20,000 bases of DNA, taken from an uncultured virus (IMG/VR IMGVR_UViG_3300021197_001946). Lineage: Duplodnaviria > Heunggongvirae > Uroviricota > Caudoviricetes. Positions 15,602 through 20,000 of this stretch are shown here, piece by piece. Where the stretch lies: the IMG/VR virus record IMGVR_UViG_3300021197_001946, one strand, 5' to 3'. The translations under genes were made by a program, and so were the position numbers. The number at the start of each line of letters is the position of its first letter. Position 1 is the stretch's first letter. The notes below the pieces were generated by a model. The model was not told the DNA's origin. It worked only from the letters and a program-made list of their open reading frames with translations, and made no database searches.

Positions 15602-17182
15602 ATGAGTCGCGAATACGACAACAATCAAACATTACAACAAAAAATTATGAGAGGTGCTAATGTATTAGCAGATAATGTAGCCTCCACGCTCGGTCCACGC
15701 GGCCGAAATGTTTTACTACAAGAGAAAGGCAAAACTCCTTTCATAACAAAAGATGGGGTAACGGTTGCACAATTTGTAGCCTTAGAAGACCCCATAGAGA
15801 ATGCCGCAGTTCAGGTTATCAAGCAGGCCGCTGTCCAAACAAACGCAGATGCGGGCGACGGCACCACTACCGCAACTGTACTGGCGAGAGCAATACTTCG
15901 CGAGTCGCAAAGATTCATCGCATCTGGAGTGTCTCCCACCGAGTTACAGCGGGGTATTTTGCTAGCAGCCGAAGAGGTGGTAGCTAATCTGAAAGATTTA
16001 TCCCACCCAATCCGCAGTATCGAAGATATTGAACACATCGCTGCGATTTCAGCTAATAACGACAAAACAATTGGCAAACTGATTGCAATGGCGGTTGATA
16101 AAGTTGGACAGGACGGGTCAATTACAATCGAAGAATCTCGCTCACTTGAAACTTCGATTGATATCACTGAAGGGTTCAGATTTCAATCGGGCTATGCAGC
16201 AGGCGCCTTTATTACTGATGAGCGCCGCGCCACTATGACACATGAAGAGCCTCTTGTATTAGTAACGGACAACAAGATTTCTGCGGTCGAACCTATCATG
16301 CCGATTCTTGAGATGGCAGCAAGAGAGAGCCGACCGCTTATATTTGTAGCAGAAGAGATCGAAGGCCAAGCATTGGCAGCTATGATTATGAACGCAATGC
16401 GCGGAACGCTAAAGATTGCAGCCATCAAGGCTCCGTTCTATGGAGAGGAACGTAGGGATCTATTACAAGATCTAGCTCTCTCGACAGGCGCCAATTTTAT
16501 AACCAGAGAAAGCGGCACAAAGTTAAATGATGTAACGTTGTCGGATCTGGGGAGCGCTAAGTCTATCGAATGCAGTAAATATTTTACTACAATTGTGGGC
16601 GGAGAATGTGATTTTGAATCGGTAGAAACAAAAATTGAAGGGCTCAAAGCGCAGATCCAAGAAACAGATTCAATAGAAGAATGCGAACGTATGCAGGGGC
16701 GAATTGTTCGCCTATCCTCTGGTGTAGCGGTAATACGTGTTGGCGGTGCCACTGAGGTTGAAATGACTGAGCGCAAGCATCGCATTGAAGATGCACTTGA
16801 GGCGGTCAGGTCTGCTTTGGATGAAGGCATCGTGGCCGGTGGGGGCACCTCGTTGCTGCGCGCCAGCAATTCATTGGTAATCACCACTCAGAGTCAAGAT
16901 CAAGCATTAGGAGCTACAGTAATACAAGCAGCTTGCCGAGAACCAATCAGGCAGATGGCGTTGAATTCGGGTGATAATTCGGCTGACATCATCATCTCTA
17001 AAATTCTGGAAGATCCAACAAACACGGAATGTGGTTGGGATTTCAAGAATCAAGAATTGACAAAACTATTTGATGCTGGTATAATAGATCCAGTAAAGGT
17101 CACACGAACTGCACTACAAAACGCAGCAAGTTGTGCCGGCACCTTAATTACTACTAATTATGGCATTATCCAGACGGAGTAA
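15602..17182 (+). CDS. groEL: Group I chaperonin GroEL (Cpn60)
   Basis: STLGPRGRNV, ITKDGVTVA, AGDGTTTATVLA, KAPFYGE, GVAVIRVGGATEVE, RIEDAL, GIVAGGG, GIIDPVKV; no C-terminal GGM tail. Confidence 0.97.
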   Translation: MSREYDNNQTLQQKIMRGANVLADNVASTLGPRGRNVLLQEKGKTPFITKDGVTVAQFVALEDPIENAAVQVIKQAAVQTNADAGDGTTTATVLARAILRESQRFIASGVSPTELQRGILLAAEEVVANLKDLSHPIRSIEDIEHIAAISANNDKTIGKLIAMAVDKVGQDGSITIEESRSLETSIDITEGFRFQSGYAAGAFITDERRATMTHEEPLVLVTDNKISAVEPIMPILEMAARESRPLIFVAEEIEGQALAAMIMNAMRGTLKIAAIKAPFYGEERRDLLQDLALSTGANFITRESGTKLNDVTLSDLGSAKSIECSKYFTTIVGGECDFESVETKIEGLKAQIQETDSIEECERMQGRIVRLSSGVAVIRVGGATEVEMTERKHRIEDALEAVRSALDEGIVAGGGTSLLRASNSLVITTQSQDQALGATVIQAACREPIRQMALNSGDNSADIIISKILEDPTNTECGWDFKNQELTKLFDAGIIDPVKVTRTALQNAASCAGTLITTNYGIIQTE

Positions 17183-17185
17183 AAC

Positions 17186-17407
17186 GTGTTAACTATAAGA
17201 AAAGGTGATTTAATTTACATACCGCAAGATGTCGATATGTGGCACGTAAAAGAAAACACGAGTAATGTAAATTACTTTAAAACAGATAAGCCCATTACAG
17301 CCGTATTTTTAGAGATGGAAGCATTTAATACTTGTATTGTTTTCGCCAACGGACAAGAGCGCGCTGTGGCATTGAAATGTATTTATCCGATGGAGGAACG
17401 ATGTTAG
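17186..17407 (+). CDS. Small hypothetical beta-rich protein
   Basis: 73-aa ORF, GTG start after GGAG; IRKGDLIYI is an SH3/KOW-like opening; no GroES motifs. Confidence 0.6.
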   Translation: MLTIRKGDLIYIPQDVDMWHVKENTSNVNYFKTDKPITAVFLEMEAFNTCIVFANGQERAVALKCIYPMEERC

Positions 17408-17694
17408 TTAGACTAACCGAAATATGCAAAAACAACACCCTAACCACGAGACAGAGCGACTACTCACTTAGAGAAGTCTTCGTCAACCCCGAGCATGTAG
17501 TAATGATTAGAGAGGAGCCACGCCTTCATCACTTAAATGAACAAAACCCTCTCACTGAGGGCCTCAAGATTGGGCACCGATTTACGAAACTAACAATCAA
17601 CAGGGGGCACACAGGTACCGAAATAGTGGTTGTTGGTGCTCCCGATATTGTCGAGCGCTCCCTTAACTCCGATAGAAAACTGATTAGGGGATAA
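17401..17694 (+). CDS. Hypothetical protein, FlbD/SwrD-like pattern
   Basis: Start reassigned to ATG 17401 (SD GGAGGA 17392-17397), 97 aa; MLVRLT...VFVNPEHVVMIRE...TKLTIN...IVVVGAPDIVERSL resembles the FlbD family pattern. Confidence 0.55.
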   Translation: MLVRLTEICKNNTLTTRQSDYSLREVFVNPEHVVMIREEPRLHHLNEQNPLTEGLKIGHRFTKLTINRGHTGTEIVVVGAPDIVERSLNSDRKLIRG

Positions 17695-17696
17695 GT

Positions 17697-18098
17697 ATGG
17701 AAAATAATATAACAATATCATACAGAATCAAGGAGAGTGAACTTGAGTCTGAAACAACAAGGCTCTATAATAAAGCTCTTGCCAAACTCAAGACGCTCTC
17801 TGAATTGTCAAACGTATCCGTTGACAAAACACTATCATTCCAGACTCTTGAATGTGCCATCGACGTAAAGAAACAACTTGCTGAGTGCGCAGATTTATTT
17901 TCAAATGTAGAGAATATAGTTTCCCAGTATTTAGAACATAAAGCCAACACAGTCTTCGAGCAGGCGCCCCCTGCGGAACCACAGGTCGACCCTGATATGA
18001 ACACTACAGTCCAAGAGATGATGGATAATATGGATGACACCTATGCAAAACAACGAAAGTTAGCCCAGGAAGTATCTAATTATGAAAACGCCACTTAA
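17697..18098 (+). CDS. Hypothetical helical protein
   Basis: 133-aa ORF in operon-like packing; no recognisable motif. Confidence 0.65.
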   Translation: MENNITISYRIKESELESETTRLYNKALAKLKTLSELSNVSVDKTLSFQTLECAIDVKKQLAECADLFSNVENIVSQYLEHKANTVFEQAPPAEPQVDPDMNTTVQEMMDNMDDTYAKQRKLAQEVSNYENAT

Positions 18099-18852
18099 AG
18101 ATTCGGTGAAGACACTAACATCTGTGGGCTATATCAAGTCGCTGCTCTCGCCCCAGTCATCACTTGACACATATTGTCTTTATTCTGGCGCTTGTGAGTT
18201 AAGTCTTGCGGCTGCTGGTCATAGCATAAATTCATACACTAATGCGTATGTTGTATACGAATTCTGGAGGTGCCTGATTGATAATCCAGAAGAGATCCAT
18301 CAACTTGTTACTAGCCCGGATTTTAGCTTTGATTCACCAGAATATTTTAGTGTATTCCAAGAGAGATGGTACACATATGAAAATAAGTATTTAAGATCTG
18401 CACTGTTCTTTCTCTTGAACAGGTGTTCCAGCGATGGCTTAATTTCAAGAGGCACGCTGCAGCAGGATAACTACAATATCCTAGCGATTACCAAAATAAA
18501 GAATTTTAAAAAACCAGAAAGTTTTTCTGTAAATTATATAAAACAGCCAACACAGGAAGTTTCGAAAATAATTAATCTTGACACCGAAGCTGATTATATC
18601 TATGTCCCAGTAGGCAACTTTAGCTATAATTTGTTTGAGGATGGTAAAAGTTATGGACCAGAGGAATCAAGAATCAATAATCGTGCCCTAAAAAAAATGA
18701 TGAATAGTGATAAAAAATTCATACTTCATTACAACTACCACACAGCAATACAGAATTTTTATAAAAAAACTAATGTCACAATGATTGATCAATACGGAAA
18801 AATCACGACTGACTGCGAAAACGCTCAGGAGGTGGTGGTTGCCAACTTTTAA
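18082..18852 (+). CDS. Dam/D12-class adenine methyltransferase homolog, catalytic motifs degenerate
   Basis: MKTPLK, YEFWRCL..NPEE, SALFFLLNRCSSDGL, KFILHYN, terminal EVVVANF follow the D12 family layout, but EPFxGxG appears as TYCLYSGA and DPPY as VPVG. Confidence 0.7.
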   Translation: MKTPLKDSVKTLTSVGYIKSLLSPQSSLDTYCLYSGACELSLAAAGHSINSYTNAYVVYEFWRCLIDNPEEIHQLVTSPDFSFDSPEYFSVFQERWYTYENKYLRSALFFLLNRCSSDGLISRGTLQQDNYNILAITKIKNFKKPESFSVNYIKQPTQEVSKIINLDTEADYIYVPVGNFSYNLFEDGKSYGPEESRINNRALKKMMNSDKKFILHYNYHTAIQNFYKKTNVTMIDQYGKITTDCENAQEVVVANF

Positions 18853-19189
18853 TATAATGGTGGCATGCTTACTGTTTGCTGTTGGACAAACGCTAGGATG
18901 GTTTCAGTTAAACTCTCAATTTGTTTGGGATTGGTGGAGAGACAAGCCCCTGATGGCAGCAGTATTGTTCTCAATTCCTACTGGGATTTGTTTTTGGTAC
19001 GGCATCAAGCTTTGTTACGAAGAGTGGGGAGAAGTCTGGGGCCCCAGGTTCTTAATTTTTAGTATGTCTTATTTTACGTTCCCGCTCCTTACGTGGCATT
19101 TTCTCAATGAAAGTATGTTCACACCAAAAACTTTAGTTTGCGTTATACTCTCGTTTATGATAGTATCAGTACAATTGTTTTGGAGATAA
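18839..19189 (+). CDS. Small multi-pass membrane protein, SMR/DMT-like
   Basis: Likely TTG start at 18839 (AGGAGG 18827-18832; alternative ATG 18857); about four hydrophobic segments; FPLLTWHFLNE...KTLVCVIL resembles the DMT/EamA C-terminal pattern. Confidence 0.6.
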   Translation: MPTFNIMVACLLFAVGQTLGWFQLNSQFVWDWWRDKPLMAAVLFSIPTGICFWYGIKLCYEEWGEVWGPRFLIFSMSYFTFPLLTWHFLNESMFTPKTLVCVILSFMIVSVQLFWR

Positions 19190-19190
19190 T

Positions 19191-19520
19191 ATGAAGAGAG
19201 TAGAAAAACCGTGGGGACACGAAATTATCTGGGCAGAGACTCAAGATTACATCGGCAAAGTTCTTCACATCAATGCAGGTCATCGGCTGTCGAAGCAATA
19301 CCATAAAGTAAAGGAAGAGACAATTTATGTGCTAAAGGGCACTCTCTATAATTACGACGAGGAAGGCAAAATTCAAAAATTTACACCAGGCCAGAGTCTT
19401 CACATCAATCCAGGACAGATACATCGTTTTGGTGCTAATGAATCATCAGTGGAGATTGTAGAGGTTAGTACACCATATCTTGACGATGTTGTCAGACTTG
19501 AGGACGACTACACTCGATGA
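19191..19520 (+). CDS. Cupin protein (type II mannose-6-phosphate isomerase C-terminal-like)
   Basis: VEKPWG, LSKQYHKVKEETIYVLKG, INPGQIHRF, IVEVST, DDVVRLEDDY. Confidence 0.85.
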   Translation: MKRVEKPWGHEIIWAETQDYIGKVLHINAGHRLSKQYHKVKEETIYVLKGTLYNYDEEGKIQKFTPGQSLHINPGQIHRFGANESSVEIVEVSTPYLDDVVRLEDDYTR

Positions 19521-20000
19521 AAACTATCTATTTATTTGATGTAGATGGCACCCTAACGCCCGCAAAAAGTAAAATAGACCAAGGGTTCGCCAAAGATTTT
19601 TATAGCTGGCAGCGAGACAGAGAGGTCTATATAGTATCGGGGGGCTCCTTCCCTCGCATTGTTGACCAACTAAGCCGTAAGGTGGTTGATAAAACCCGTG
19701 GCGTATTTTCTTGTATGGGTAACGCACACTATAAAAAGATACCGGATACAGACGGTTACAGCTCTTGGACGCTTGAGTATGAGAATAAATTCACCGTTGC
19801 GAAACAAGCGCTATTCTTTAGTGAACTAGAACGATATGTCATGAACTCAGAATATCACACCAAGACCGGACGCCACTACGAAGAGCGAGTGGGTATGGTA
19901 AACTTCTCAATCGTTGGCAGAAATGCATCAATGAGTGAACGCAAAGAATACGAAGAATACGACAAGGAACACCGAGAGCGCGAGCAGATTGTTGCCAAGT
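19517..20000 (+). CDS. HAD-IIB phosphomannomutase-like protein (eukaryote-type PMM family), truncated by window end
   Basis: Not in ORF track; ATG 19517 overlaps cupin stop; translation MKTIYLFDVDGTLTPA...IVSGGS...EERVGMVNFSIVGRNA...ER matches PMM motifs (FDVDGTLT; RxGMxNxSxxGR). Confidence 0.88.
   Translation, partial: MKTIYLFDVDGTLTPAKSKIDQGFAKDFYSWQRDREVYIVSGGSFPRIVDQLSRKVVDKTRGVFSCMGNAHYKKIPDTDGYSSWTLEYENKFTVAKQALFFSELERYVMNSEYHTKTGRHYEERVGMVNFSIVGRNASMSERKEYEEYDKEHREREQIVAK

Noticed and set aside
2010..16887. Other minus-strand and alternate-frame ORFs nested in dnaE, the MTases, guaB and groEL
   Set aside because: They overlap well-supported + strand genes and show no recognisable motifs.
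17332..17400. Upstream extension of the 120-aa ORF
   Set aside because: Overlaps the preceding gene; ATG 17401 has SD GGAGGA.
17186..17407. Small ORF after groEL as groES
   Set aside because: Lacks PLxDRV, the mobile-loop GGI and GxVxAVG motifs, and is shorter than typical Cpn10.
1..20000. Stop-codon reassignment, tRNA/rRNA genes, transposases
   Set aside because: Conserved genes are full length under the standard code with TAA, TAG and TGA all used as stops; intergenic gaps are too short for structural RNA genes; no transposase or integrase motifs seen.

Overview
Tightly packed 20 kb block with every credible gene on the + strand, frequent overlapping start/stop codons, standard genetic code and SD-type ribosome-binding sites. 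It is most consistent with a large (jumbo-type) dsDNA bacteriophage, which is an inference: no capsid or terminase gene lies in the window. Recognisable genes: DnaE-type DNA polymerase III alpha with an intact PHP domain, two divergent ClpP proteases, a J-domain protein, GroEL without an adjacent groES, a thioredoxin-like protein, dUTPase, a CBS-less IMPDH/GMPR, a PvuII-like endonuclease followed by two DNA methyltransferases, a stand-alone sigma-70 region-4 protein, a catalytically degenerate Dam-like protein, and a terminal SMR-like membrane protein/cupin/phosphomannomutase cluster. Four sigma-70-type promoters with 17-bp spacers fall into two sequence classes; one overlaps a terminator and one contains a perfect palindrome. 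The most interesting items are the candidate phage-encoded PvuII-like restriction-modification module, the ClpP pair (one with Asn at the triad Asp position) within a proteostasis gene set, the orphan sigma-4 regulator with a possible late-promoter motif, and a 591-aa protein with a nuclease-like motif. All homology calls come from motif recognition by eye, not database searches.
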